Of a stretch of DNA of 64,000 nucleotides, positions 25,880 through 36,345 are shown one piece after another. The position numbers and the translations under genes are program-made. The DNA comes from Tubulanus polymorphus. Lineage: Eukaryota > Animalia > Nemertea. Where the stretch lies: contig NC_134030.1 in NCBI RefSeq assembly GCF_964204645.1, positions 2,584,778 through 2,648,777 on the forward strand. Reading direction: 5' to 3'. The notes under the pieces were generated by a model. The model had not been told where the DNA came from. It saw nothing but the letters and a program-made list of their open reading frames with translations, and ran no database searches. The first letter of the stretch is position 1; every line of letters starts with the position of its first letter.

Positions 25880-28515
25880 ACTCATATCGTAATTCATATT
25901 TATTCAAGATATCTAAGCAATGGTTGATTATTATAGTTTAAAAACAATTCGACTAAAGCATCTCTAGGAATACCAGAGTTACAACAAATTTAATAATGCA
26001 TAATCAATGTTATCAAATTGTTTTTGTACTGATTCCCTATATACTTTTCGATTGTCAGCTAAACCATGTTCGTATTATCAAATTAACTTCATCGTCAATT
26101 AATAAACTTTAAGAGATATGTTTTCTACCCATAGGTGGTGACATCTGTGCCCAGTGAATGTTATTCTAATCCATTCCAGTAATTCTAAATATTGCTCCTT
26201 ATATATACAATAATCTTGTAATTATGATAATATGACTAACTGTGCGCTGCCAGCATTGAGCACACTGATCCTGGTCAACATGGTTCTACGGATTTAAGAA
26301 ACCTTGAATCATTCCATGACAAATCCAGAATTCTGCAAAGCCTTAAAGATTCAATAAATCCCACGCACAAAGGACAGAGTTTAAACACACCCTGTTTTCT
26401 TTAGATATCAAGCAATTAGATTATACAGTTTTCTTATCAGCCCCTACGGTTTAGATTTGAGAACTTTTACCTTATATGAAGATGCTGAATTAATCTTCAT
26501 CTTAGATAACTAATCACTCAATTTATTTCCTAGCTATAATTAAAATTGTCTCTGACAATATTTTATGCGGGGCTTGATATTTCTACACGACAAGAATTTC
26601 AGATCTGGTTTCGATTGATCACTATTTCGAAATGCTGATTTTGCATCAGAGCTTTTGATATCTAGTTTGACGAATCCAGAATTCCCCAAAACCTAACTGA
26701 TTCAACAGATCCCACACACATGTGGCCCAGTTATGACGCAGGTGACATTGCACAATAGTCTCATCCACTACACTATTTTTTAAATAATTTTCACTTATAT
26801 TCATTACATTGAATTAATTTTAATTAATCTTCTAGATATCTAAGCGATCCTTTTATTAGTAATCATACTAGCTACATTTTAATTTTCAGTTGAACATGGA
26901 GCCTGAAAATCTACATGAGTAGAATTTCAGATGTGGTGAATTCATTACTATTTGAATTCATCAGAAATTAAGATAAAAGCACATTTAAGTGGTAAATTAG
27001 AAATTCCCTTATAGCCGAATTGCTATATAATCTTTATATCCCTTTTATAATAGTACACTGTGTATAAGGACCAAAAGACCTTGTTATGACCGGACCACCC
27101 TGGTGCGTTGCAAGACATGATGCTAGAAAAAAGTTTGAAGGAGAGGGGTTAGTAAAAGAGAGCTATTAGCAAGAGGAATAAGACCTAAGTTTAGGATATC
27201 CTGTCAGAATAAGGCTCTCAATCTGACATACACAGTGAAATTGAAATATTCCCCCTTCCAAATTCAGGAATGTATTTGTGCACGTACAGATTTGTTTTAT
27301 CTCCCTTCGATCGGAAGTTAATCTGCGTGAAATGATTTTGGCAATATGTATCAAAACATATACAGCTGTATGAAGACACAATAGGTTCACAAGATACAGA
27401 TAAATAAATGTGCTCAGATACACATGTATCAGCTAAATTTTAAATGTCCATGGACCTGAATTAAAAACAATTTCACATAACATATTGAATTTACCTTAAT
27501 CGTAGATATCTTGTAGTAATACATTAATGAGTTATTCACCTTTGATTCTAATTGTCAGTTAAACAATATCTATTATGCGTTACTTGACACACAGTATGGC
27601 TTTTGATGAATCAGTTAGGTTTAGGTAAATTTTGGAAATTGTGAAGAACATGACCAGTTGCCCTACCATAAGCACAGCAGTGAGAGATGTTAATACTAAT
27701 CAGTCGATGAGACTGATTCAGATGTGCTCATACATATATCAGCTATATTTAAATCATTCAGTTTTACGACATTCATAGTATTACCTGTATTACATACCGT
27801 ATAAACAGTTTTTGATCTTAGAAATATTGAATTCATCTTAATTGTGGATCTAAGCCATTGGTTAATGAGCAATTTTTCCTAGCTATATATATGATAATTG
27901 TCAGTTAAACAATAATCATAGCGAAAAACAAGGCACAGAGTATGGCTGTTGGGAATGATTTGAACCAATTAAAGCTTTGTTTTATTCTAGATTTGTCAAA
28001 GTGCTGAGACCTAATCACAGTTTCTAAAAGACCCGCAGTCCATAGTTTTCCCCATATATATTACACCAGATCTCGATATAGCCCTAGACACTATTTTATA
28101 CATCTTTCCCCCAGTTATTCATCAATGCAATGGGTAAAGCAGCATATATTATAGGCTATACTGTAAAGTGCCCCAATGTTTAAAAATGACATATGTATCA
28201 ATATATTATTTGTAAAAAAATCTATTAACCGACGATAAAGTTTAATAGATATATATCTTTACAAGTAAAGCCAGTCTAAATGTATATGGGGCCTTAAATA
28301 ATCTATATGTGAAGAATTTCTCGTCAAACATTACAAGATATTGAATGATTGCTAATATCTAAGCGATTGGTTAATTAGTAAATTGTCCTATCTATATCTT
28401 GATTGTCAGTTAAACAAGCCATATGAGGCCTGAAATATCAATCATTTCATCTAATATTGTAAATATTCAAGCAATCATTGCCCTAGCTATATTTCAATTT
28501 ACTTTTAACAATATA
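25880..28515. repeat. Old degenerate tandem repeat (~330-bp period)
   Basis: Motif ATCTAAGC.ATTGGTTAAT.AG.AATT...CCTAGCTATA...ATTGTCAGTTAAACAA at ~25908, 26502, 26832, 27502, 27844, 28354; AGAATTTCAGAT at 26593/26921; ATGTGCTCA...ATCAGCTA at 27408/27722. Confidence 0.7.
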
Positions 28516-28623
28516 CCGGCCATAGAGCTTCAATAAAGTAGTGTGAGAATGGTGAGCTTGACCAGCATCTGTATCCTCACTAGTGCCTATGCATTCTACC
28601 CCAGATATGAAAAATCAACTTAG

Positions 28624-28939
28624 CTTTATGTATGTATGCATTCCTGTTGCCATGCAGGATGAGACTGCCAGGTTTGGTTGCGGCAGGTCTTTCGGTGTTT
28701 GGTTCATTCAACATGGAGTCTTTTGTGGGCACTTCTAGTGGGTAGATTTTAGATGGGCCTTTCCGGATTAACCTGAAATGAGTAGAAGAACGATATTCTG
28801 TAGTTACACAATCCTTTCTGTATCATACATTGTAATTTACACATGTATCAACTTAACTTTCAATATTACTGAGTTCAGTGTTCTTTTTTCGCCATCTTCT
28901 GTAGTCGCCTTCAGCATCTTCTTCTTCATCTTGGGAGTC
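28624..28939 (-). pseudogene. Two putative exons separated by an 84-85-nt intron homologous to the satellite intron
   Basis: Strong acceptors at 28940 (CTCTTTTTTTTCAG) and 28773 (CTTCTACTCATTTCAG); exons read DSQDEEEDAEGDYRRWRKKNTELSNIER and LIRKGPSKIYPLEVPTKDSMLNEPNTERPAATKPG...; donors degenerate (AAAG TTAAGTTGAT, AAAG CTAAGTTGAT vs satellite AAAG GTAACTTGAT). Confidence 0.5.
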
Positions 28940-28975
28940 CTGAAAAAAAAGAGAAGAGCGATGAAAACCTGGTAC

Positions 28976-29225
28976 GGAACAAAACTAATGTCCGAAAGCT
29001 TTTCAGCTCTCCGTCGCCGGTCACATGCCGAGAACACCAGACAAAGAGCCAGCCAGGAATATACTGCCCTCTACACGCCCTCACACAGAACACAAAAACC
29101 AGGATGACGACGCCTTACTTTCACCATTTACCGACAGGGTGTGCCGGGTGACATCAGTAACTGACAAACCTATCAAATTGCCCAAGCCAAAAATAGGGCA
29201 GCGCAACTGGATTGCCCGCACTAGC
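28976..29225 (+). mobile_element. RTE-like LINE 3' fragment (copy 1 of an inverted pair)
   Basis: Frameshifted QLS.AGHM.R.PDKE...ALYTPSHRTQKPG resembles the RRLRWAGHVxRM...LYxPxxGxRxPGRP C-terminus of RTE-clade ORF2. Confidence 0.6.
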
Positions 29226-29466
29226 ATCAAAGGAAGACAAGACTTAGCCCTGCCCGAAGCAACCCACGCGGAACCAATGAATACTAACACTCAAGGGAAG
29301 ACAGGGAAATTAATCCCTGCCCGAAGCAATCCCTTAAAAGGAATCAATGAAAATGCTAGCATCCAAGTGATCCCACAGTGAATCAATGAATCCTAGCACG
29401 CAAAGGAAGACAGGGAAATTAATCCCTGTCCGAAGCAATCCCTGAAAAGGAATCAATGAATACTAG
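29220..29466. repeat. ~65-bp tandem repeat (3 full units plus 1 partial) between the inverted LINE fragments
   Basis: CAA(A/G)GGAAGACAGGGAAATTAATCCCTG(C/T)CCGAAGCAATCCC...GGAATCAATGAA repeated. Confidence 0.85.
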
Positions 29467-29707
29467 TAGACAGTCCAACTTTACCACTCCATTTTTAACC
29501 TGTGCAATCCGACTGACTTGCCCGTCATTGACGTCACCCAGCACACTCTGTTGATACGTGGGGAGAGTGAGGTCTTGTCATCCTGGTTTTCGTGTTCCGT
29601 ATGAGGGCATGTAGAGGGCAGCCATTTCCTGACCGACTCTTTGTCTGGCATCCTCGACATGTGACCGGCGAAGGAGAGCTGGCGCTTTCGGACATTAGTT
29701 TTGTTCC
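29460..29707 (-). mobile_element. RTE-like LINE 3' fragment (copy 2, inverted)
   Basis: Minus strand reads NVRKRQLSFAGHMSRMPDKESVRK; starts at the same GGAACAAAACTAATGTCCGAAAG as copy 1. Confidence 0.6.
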
Positions 29708-29924
29708 AGCAAACGTTGAAAATCGACATGGAAATCGGCCCTGAAAAATAAAACGGATTAGACCCTGAAAAATAAAACGGATTAATAAACACGGAACAGT
29801 ACAGGACAGTATGGAGACGAACAGTAACACATAAAACATAAAGACGTCGTTCCTCAGGAAGCAGGAACAGGAGCGCAGCGAAGATCGCCAGGATCATGAT
29901 CGCCAGGAGAATCCACGGAAGCAT
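29481..29924 (-). other. ORF with signal-peptide/TM-like N-terminus running into LINE-derived sequence; candidate first exon of a minus-strand (pseudo)gene
   Basis: MLPWILLAIMILAIFAALLFLLPEERR, GCAGACATG context, TATAAG ~50 nt upstream. Confidence 0.35.
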
Positions 29925-29949
29925 GTCTGCACAGTGTGAGAGAGCGGAG

Positions 29950-30000
29950 GTGAATGAGCTCGCCTATGCTTATACACTGTGGTCAGCTGGTGACGTATTC
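29950..30000 (-). promoter_or_regulatory. Candidate core promoter (TATAAG 29969-29974, Inr-like TCATTC, nearby CAGCTG and TGACGT)
   Basis: Motif match only, upstream of ATG 29924. Confidence 0.25.
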
Positions 30001-30486
30001 CAATTGTGATCAATAGCGCGTATGAATGTTATCAACAACTCTGAAAAACCGCAATTGTGTCTCTATTGTTGAATGGATTTACATTGAGAGCTTATAGGCC
30101 TAGAAGGTTCCACTGGGTTGAACACGCGCCAGTATCCAGCTGAACAATATCGTGGAAATATAAGGCCATAAAATAAATTATATACGGTACTTCATTACCA
30201 ACAGCTCCCCTCCGAATCCGGAATCTTTAACCGCCGCCACCTGTTTTTTTTCTCAGATTTTATAATAATTCAAACTATAGACCGATAGCTCTCCAGTTAC
30301 TAAGTTCACGCCAACAAAATCTTACACAAAAGTCATCTATTTTTTCTGCAAAACATTGCGTAAACACTTGAAGAAACGATCAGCTGATGCCGTCTGAACA
30401 TTCGGTCGGACGCTGCGCGAGTTCACTAAGTTTATTGATTATTTTATAGTACACGTTCCAGCTGCACAGTCCCGCTTTGAGTTTTA

Positions 30487-31525
30487 GGCCAAAAGAAATG
30501 ATACTTGTTTCTCATTCCCGGCCTGGTCAGAAATTAACGTTAAAAATCGTAAAAATACAATGCTACCTTAATACCTTCTTTCGAAGATGAAAATAAAAAC
30601 CGGCAGGGTGGGTCAATTATGAGTTAGTCTAAGTCGTTGATGAGTAATTAGTCTAAGTCGTGGTTCCGTAACATCGACTGGTATTTAAACTCTAAGGACT
30701 AGTTGCATAGACAGGACATAAGTCCAAAAGTGGTCTTAAATCTTAAGACTGATCTTAAGATGTTAGATTTGCTATAGAACTAAATTGGTCTAAGAATATG
30801 CAACCGGCCCCAGTGTGCATTTCCGGACAGGAGTCTCGAAATCATATTGTGTGCCTTCTGTTAGCAAAGGGAGCATTTTGAACTCTTGTTTCTTAAAAAA
30901 CCATTGTTTTTGCAGTGTTAAAAAAACCAGAATTAGTTTAGATACCGTATAAAGTAATTTTTATATTTTGTTCAGTGCTGATGATGGATGATGATGATGA
31001 TTCTTGTCTTGGATTTGGAGAATATATTTTCGTTTACTTTTAGTTTTTTATTGCATCACTGACTTATTCACGTGATTGTATGATAAGTAATGGCGTTTCT
31101 TTGATTTACATAAAGCTTATATATATATATATATATACCGGAACGCTTTGAAGCCACGGGAGAAAAAGCCACGGTCAGGAATGATCCAAGGTTTTGGCTG
31201 CTAAACTAGGCAGACTGAGCCCCTCGCTTTATATTGTTTCCATTCTGGCTATTAGAAAAATAAGAGTTGACTTGCCCTGAAAATTGAAAAAAAAAACAGG
31301 AAGAGGAATGATCCAACATCTTTGACAAAAACCAGATCCTGTACTTGTAATTTTTTTAAGATTTTCAGTGGAAACTGTTTTTAAATAAAAATAAGGCCGG
31401 TGGAAATATGTCAAATTTCACTGATGGAAAAAATAAAATAAAATGCTGCCTGCCGCTGGCCTGGTCAATTTTTGGGCAGTTTTCCTTCATAAATATAAGG
31501 AACAAGGTATCATTTGGCCTTTGGC
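30487..31525. mobile_element. ~1-kb non-autonomous DNA transposon with imperfect TIRs
   Basis: GGCCAAAAGAAATGATACTTGTTTCT vs AGGAACAAGGTATCATTTGGCCTTTGGCC; related TIR core at 45998-46150. Confidence 0.55.
30696..30810. mobile_element. Harbinger-like MITE family A, nested in the 1-kb element
   Basis: Reverse complement of 42840-42977 (AAGTCCAAAAGTGGTCTTAAATCTTAAGACTG...CAACCGGCCC CAG). Confidence 0.8.
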
Positions 31526-32594
31526 CTTGGTGAGGGATTGTTCAGTAAGGATTTAGCCTTCGGGAGATGCTATCCCCTAGTGTCGTCATATGTAGGCCCT
31601 ATCAATTGATGCTTTATGCATGATTGTATTTTGTCATTGTTTGTCTCATGTGTAAATGTCAAGATTGGTCACTGTCTCCTTCGATGACAATGTTTTTACA
31701 ACTTCTGATATATAAAAATCAAGTATTTATTTGCCGCTCAATGAATCTCCAATAAAGTCTCCAAGAAGGCGTACTAAAGGCGTACATTACATTGATCAAA
31801 AGGCGTACATTACCAGCAACATCGCATACATCATATTTGGTTAAAACGTTGTCACAGATTGCTCAACGATTCAACCGTGACGGGAGAGTCTGAACAAAAT
31901 TTAGGGACAGGAATATCCAGATGGAATTATCCATAAATATTTTCTAAGCCGTCACGGATCAGGCTCTTTATTATTTTAGACATTAATTCCTGAAATATTG
32001 CAAAAACGTTTTCCGCTGCTGAATGGGAATTCTAAGTAGCGGCCCGCTACAACATTGGCCCTGTCGGGGACGTGCAGTCCGACTGACCATCTGGAACAAG
32101 AAAAATGGTAATTCCATCAATAAATACATATTATTTAGCATATAAACAACTTAATCGTGTCAAGAACTTCCCAATAGTGCCCAAAAGGAATTTAATTTGA
32201 TCCATTTTCAATTTTTTTGTTGAAAGTTAGGGACATCAGATTAGCGAAGAATGATCCAGCCACCAGAACGCGCATCTCAGACGTTTTAATGATCAATATT
32301 TTCTTGGGGGAGGGCCCCAAACCCCGCCCTTCGTGACATCTGCGCGCCGCGGGTTCGGCGTCCGAGTGCTGTTCTATCTAGGATTTTCGTTGGAGTTATG
32401 GCGATGGGCGAAAGGTGGTATAACGAGTACACTATTTTACATATACTACGAAATGAACTGTGCACTAGGAAATTTTTGGCAATAGGTGAATTTGGCGGTT
32501 GGCGGTAGACGTGTACATCAATAGTTTCAATAAATTTGAATTTAAACTCGAACTCAGTGGCTACTTGTGTACTGTGATTTAGATTGAACTGTGC

Positions 32595-32901
32595 GATCCG
32601 GTCGCGCCAACCAATTAGCTGGTAGCTCGTCTCTGATCGACTAATCAAATCATTCCGGATTGGGCGTGGTCTTTATTTTGATTGGTGGCTTCAAAGTGAT
32701 CAAGGGTTAATACTTTTTTACGGCATGTGCAGGTGGTATTATGAATCCGCGATTTGAAGTAAATTGTGGAGGCCAGGAAGTGTAAAATAATGAAGAAGTG
32801 TAGTGTCTTTTCGCTTTAATACTTCTCACTCATCCAAGTGTCCAAAGTCGTCTAGCTGAAGCCGTTGAATTGTGGTAAAGCCAAAGCCTGTGTAGAAATG
32901 T
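32595..32901 (+). promoter_or_regulatory. Probable promoter and 5' UTR exon of the zinc-finger gene
   Basis: Three CCAAT/ATTGG boxes (~32611, 32659, 32681), GC-box-like GGGCGTGG, GGAAGTG, donor GT|GTAAGC near 32901; the ORF is preceded by an acceptor TTTTAG at 33698. Confidence 0.4.
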
Positions 32902-33139
32902 GTAAGCTCCATCATTTCATTTGGTAGGGCTAATAAATCACTCTGACTTCGACATATAGAGGCCTAAGATGGTCTGCAGTCCAGACTCTTCCCTACCTCC
33001 TCAGTACGGTACTACTAACTGAACAGTAGTGTGTCACTGTCAGCAGAGTAGGAAGAAAGATGCCGCGGTGATGGCATCGAATCCTGGGGAAAGACGAAAG
33101 TGGTCTGGCACAGAGTCAGCGGGGCCTAGCTCAAATTTT

Positions 33140-33259
33140 TCGGTCTAACTGCAGTTTGGGTCACCTATCCACTGGGTGGCGCTAGTGTTATTAAAGAATA
33201 GTGTTATGGTAAGGTTAGGTACATAACCATTAGGGACACCTAAACTGCAGTCATACCGA
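33140..33259. mobile_element. Small MITE with ~27-bp imperfect TIRs
   Basis: TCGGTCTAACTGCAGTTTGGGTCACCT ... AGGGACACCTAAACTGCAGTCATACCGA. Confidence 0.6.
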
Positions 33260-33351
33260 GGGTCCAGAAGGTTCCGTTTTACCCCTAGGGATAGGATTAG
33301 GGTTAGGTGAGGTACTATAAAAAAGATACTTAAAACATTCGGTTGGTTTTC

Positions 33352-33425
33352 AGCGAGCTCGGTGGTCTAGTGATATGATGCTGCGCTAATAATTCTTCCC
33401 GTGTTCGAGTCTCGTTCAATCCGCT
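33352..33425 (+). pseudogene. tRNA-like/SINE-head remnant with Pol III A and B boxes
   Basis: TGGTCTAGTGA (33363) and GTTCGAGTC (33403) at tRNA-like spacing; anticodon and acceptor stems are poor. Confidence 0.45.
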
Positions 33426-33473
33426 CTAATTTCTCTAACTCTGTTCTCCACACTTTCCTTGAATTGTCTAAGT

Positions 33474-33520
33474 CGCGCATCTCTGTGCGCATGCGCGGTG
33501 TAAATCAGCCAATCAGCGAC
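33474..33520 (+). promoter_or_regulatory. NRF1-type site TGCGCATGCGC plus CCAAT box (AGCCAATCAGC)
   Basis: Consensus motif matches ~200 bp upstream of the ZNF ATG. Confidence 0.4.
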
Positions 33521-33708
33521 GATGTACGGTAAAATAGCAGAAATAAACACTTAGCCGTATATGGTAAAATATCCACTGCCCAAATTTCTTGACCCCCATC
33601 AATTAGTTAGTAGGGGTAGGCCTATCCTTCTTAACCGCAGTCTTACAGACATGGGTCATGATTTTATAACGTCAAAAGATATTATTATTAAATTTTAGAT
33701 GAATAACA

Positions 33709-36216
33709 ATGGCTGTGTTTGCTATGGTTACAGCATGGGTAGCGCCGGGACTGATCGATTCAATACCTGGCGGCAAAAAAGACGAATTCTTTCAAAAACT
33801 GCAGAGTGACACCGGAGTTGAATACACGTGTACGACCAATAATATCTGTTTAATTCAAGGTCAATGGGAGTGTATTAAACAGGCTCATTATGCGCTTGAA
33901 AGTCTTGATAATAGTCGTAAAACTGGAGAATTCTCCGACGCTCAAAAAGCAAACGAAACTTCTTCTGGCGGAGAAAAGTTTCTTACAAGCGGAAACTTGA
34001 CATTTCCTCAATCCGCAGAAGACGATGTCAGCAGCGCGAGCTCGCCTCGACGACGCAACAATGCCATCGAAGCCGGTAACCTAGCGCAGGAATCCGTACG
34101 ACGGTGGCAAACTAAATGTCAAAAAGACAAAGCCGACGCTCAGAATTTGAATTATTTCATTTATTCGCAACCGCCGCGAAAAGAACTCGTAGACGAGGAT
34201 GAAAATGACGATAAAGATGACGATGATACGCTGCTGAAGAAATGCACGATTTTTAAAGTTCCCGGCGTCACGTTTCACGGTTTGACGAACAATCGCAACG
34301 ATATCGAAGTCGTTAAAGAATCGACGATTAATTCGTCGTCGGAGTCGACTCCGCATCGACTGAAGACTCTAGCCGGCGAAATCGAAACGGACGAAGTAAC
34401 CGTACGTAAGATCGGAATGGGAGAGAAAAATGATCGGAATGTGGCGAGCGATGAGGTAGAGGATGATAATGAAGGTCGAAATAAAGAAAAAGCGAAGAAA
34501 AAATCGAGCGAAAAGACGACCGAAAGTGATGGCGATGAAATCGATGCTGCTGAAACATCGACCGTTTGTCGTAAATTACAAACGAAAAAATCAGAAAAAG
34601 TAACATTCAATCACCGTCGCAAGGGGAATAAACCGACGAAACGCAAACGGTCGTCGTCGTCGGTCGGTGAAGATTATTACGATGATTTAGTGGAGATGAC
34701 GGCGAAACCGGCGTATAATAAAACACGTCGCGTCACTCGGTCTACGACTCGATCGGCCGCACGAATCATCGCTACGAAACGCCGAAAAATCACATCGCCG
34801 CAACAAATGTTACCGGTCGTCGAGGAAACCGAAACGAATAATTCTCCGGACGATGCGGAAAAAGAAACAAAGAAAAGCAAATGCGAAATTTGCGGCTGCG
34901 AAACGGTCGATCAACGCAATCTGCTGCAGCACGTACAACGAGCTCATCACGAGAGGAATCATCGATGTGAAACGTGCGGTCGACGTTACGCGTTACTGAA
35001 AGATCTTACGATTCATCGTAAAACGCACAATGAACGTTACGTGTGTAACACGTGCGGTCGTGTTTATAAACAGGAATCCGTGTTGAAGAAACACATGTTA
35101 ACGCACACGGCCGACTTCGTGAAACCGGTGTTTAAATGTACGGAATGCGAGCGCACGTTTTCGACGCGGTACACACTGACGACGCACACGGCTGCGGTAC
35201 ACCGCGGCGAGGCGACGTCGTTTCTGTGTCCGACGTGCGGTAAGAGTTTCACGCAGAAGCACACGCTCGTGGAACACCAGAACGTGCACCTCGGCGTTAA
35301 ACCGTTCACGTGCGACGTGTGCGATATGCGATTCACGTTCTCTTCGTCGCTACGGCAACACAGAATGAAACACGACGCGGTTAAACGTTATAAATGCGTC
35401 GAATGCGGTAAAGATTTCACGCATCGCAATTCGCTGCGTTTGCACAAAGTGATTCATCAGAAAGAACGTCCGTTTCAGTGTCAGTTCTGCGGCCGATCGT
35501 TCACGCAGAAACAAGCGTTACAACGACACGAGCGAATACATCGCGGCGAGAGACCGTTCATCTGCGAGGTGTGCGGTCGTTCGTTTACCGATAACTCGAC
35601 GTTACGTCGTCATATAAACACTCACAGTAAAACACCTGCGACGACGACGACGACACCTGCGAATTCGACCTCCGTTAAAATAACGGGGAATACTTCGACT
35701 CAAATTCCTCAGACGTCGCAACCTTTAATCAATCATTTATCCCCGTTATCTCTACCCGCATCAGCAGCAACGGCTCTACCGACCGAACATCCTCAATCTC
35801 CTCAGGTCAACAATCGATTGTCCCCGATCTCATCGTCGCGGCAACAATCTACGCTGACTATGTTGCCGTCGGTAACAATGCCGTCGTCGTCGATCGATAT
35901 TCATCAGATGCAACTCGCGCCGCCGCATCAACATCCGCTACATCATCATCATTCTCATCATCATCACCAGCAGCAGCAACATTTACACCCTCAACAACAT
36001 CATCTACAGCATCCTCAGCATCAGCAGCTGCCGCAGCCTCCTCCGACTATTCATCAACAGATGTTACACCCGGGACAGCAGTATAGCATCGCAGCAGCGG
36101 CAGCAGCAGTGCCACCTATATCTAATAGTGTATATCATACAGGATTATACGATGATTCAGTAATGATTCCGATGTCAATGATGACTAATGAAGATACAAT
36201 TCCGATGCATTATTAA
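33709..36216 (+). CDS. C2H2 zinc-finger protein, 835 aa, 9 fingers, acidic/basic linker, His/Gln/Pro-rich C-terminus
   Basis: Uninterrupted ORF; nine CxxC-x12-Hxxx(x)H units from CEICGC...HVQRAH to CEVCGR...HINTH with HLGVKPF/HRGERPF linkers. Confidence 0.95.
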   Translation: MAVFAMVTAWVAPGLIDSIPGGKKDEFFQKLQSDTGVEYTCTTNNICLIQGQWECIKQAHYALESLDNSRKTGEFSDAQKANETSSGGEKFLTSGNLTFPQSAEDDVSSASSPRRRNNAIEAGNLAQESVRRWQTKCQKDKADAQNLNYFIYSQPPRKELVDEDENDDKDDDDTLLKKCTIFKVPGVTFHGLTNNRNDIEVVKESTINSSSESTPHRLKTLAGEIETDEVTVRKIGMGEKNDRNVASDEVEDDNEGRNKEKAKKKSSEKTTESDGDEIDAAETSTVCRKLQTKKSEKVTFNHRRKGNKPTKRKRSSSSVGEDYYDDLVEMTAKPAYNKTRRVTRSTTRSAARIIATKRRKITSPQQMLPVVEETETNNSPDDAEKETKKSKCEICGCETVDQRNLLQHVQRAHHERNHRCETCGRRYALLKDLTIHRKTHNERYVCNTCGRVYKQESVLKKHMLTHTADFVKPVFKCTECERTFSTRYTLTTHTAAVHRGEATSFLCPTCGKSFTQKHTLVEHQNVHLGVKPFTCDVCDMRFTFSSSLRQHRMKHDAVKRYKCVECGKDFTHRNSLRLHKVIHQKERPFQCQFCGRSFTQKQALQRHERIHRGERPFICEVCGRSFTDNSTLRRHINTHSKTPATTTTTPANSTSVKITGNTSTQIPQTSQPLINHLSPLSLPASAATALPTEHPQSPQVNNRLSPISSSRQQSTLTMLPSVTMPSSSIDIHQMQLAPPHQHPLHHHHSHHHHQQQQHLHPQQHHLQHPQHQQLPQPPPTIHQQMLHPGQQYSIAAAAAAVPPISNSVYHTGLYDDSVMIPMSMMTNEDTIPMHY

Positions 36217-36345
36217 CTGTTAATTTACTTGCAATTTAATGTGTCAAAATTAGTTCAACTCGATGTCTCGAAATCGCTTTCGGTAGGGAGTCGAACGAGT
36301 GATGAATAATAGTATATCTTGAAAAATAGTACCGGAATATATATA

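Noticed and set aside
33290-33310. Telomere-like TTAGGGTTAGG
   Set aside because: Under two full units; part of a small interspersed repeat
33352-33425. Functional tRNA gene
   Set aside because: A and B boxes are present but there is no proper anticodon arm or 7-bp acceptor stem
34081-35336. Several minus-strand ORFs
   Set aside because: Antisense shadows of the zinc-finger CDS
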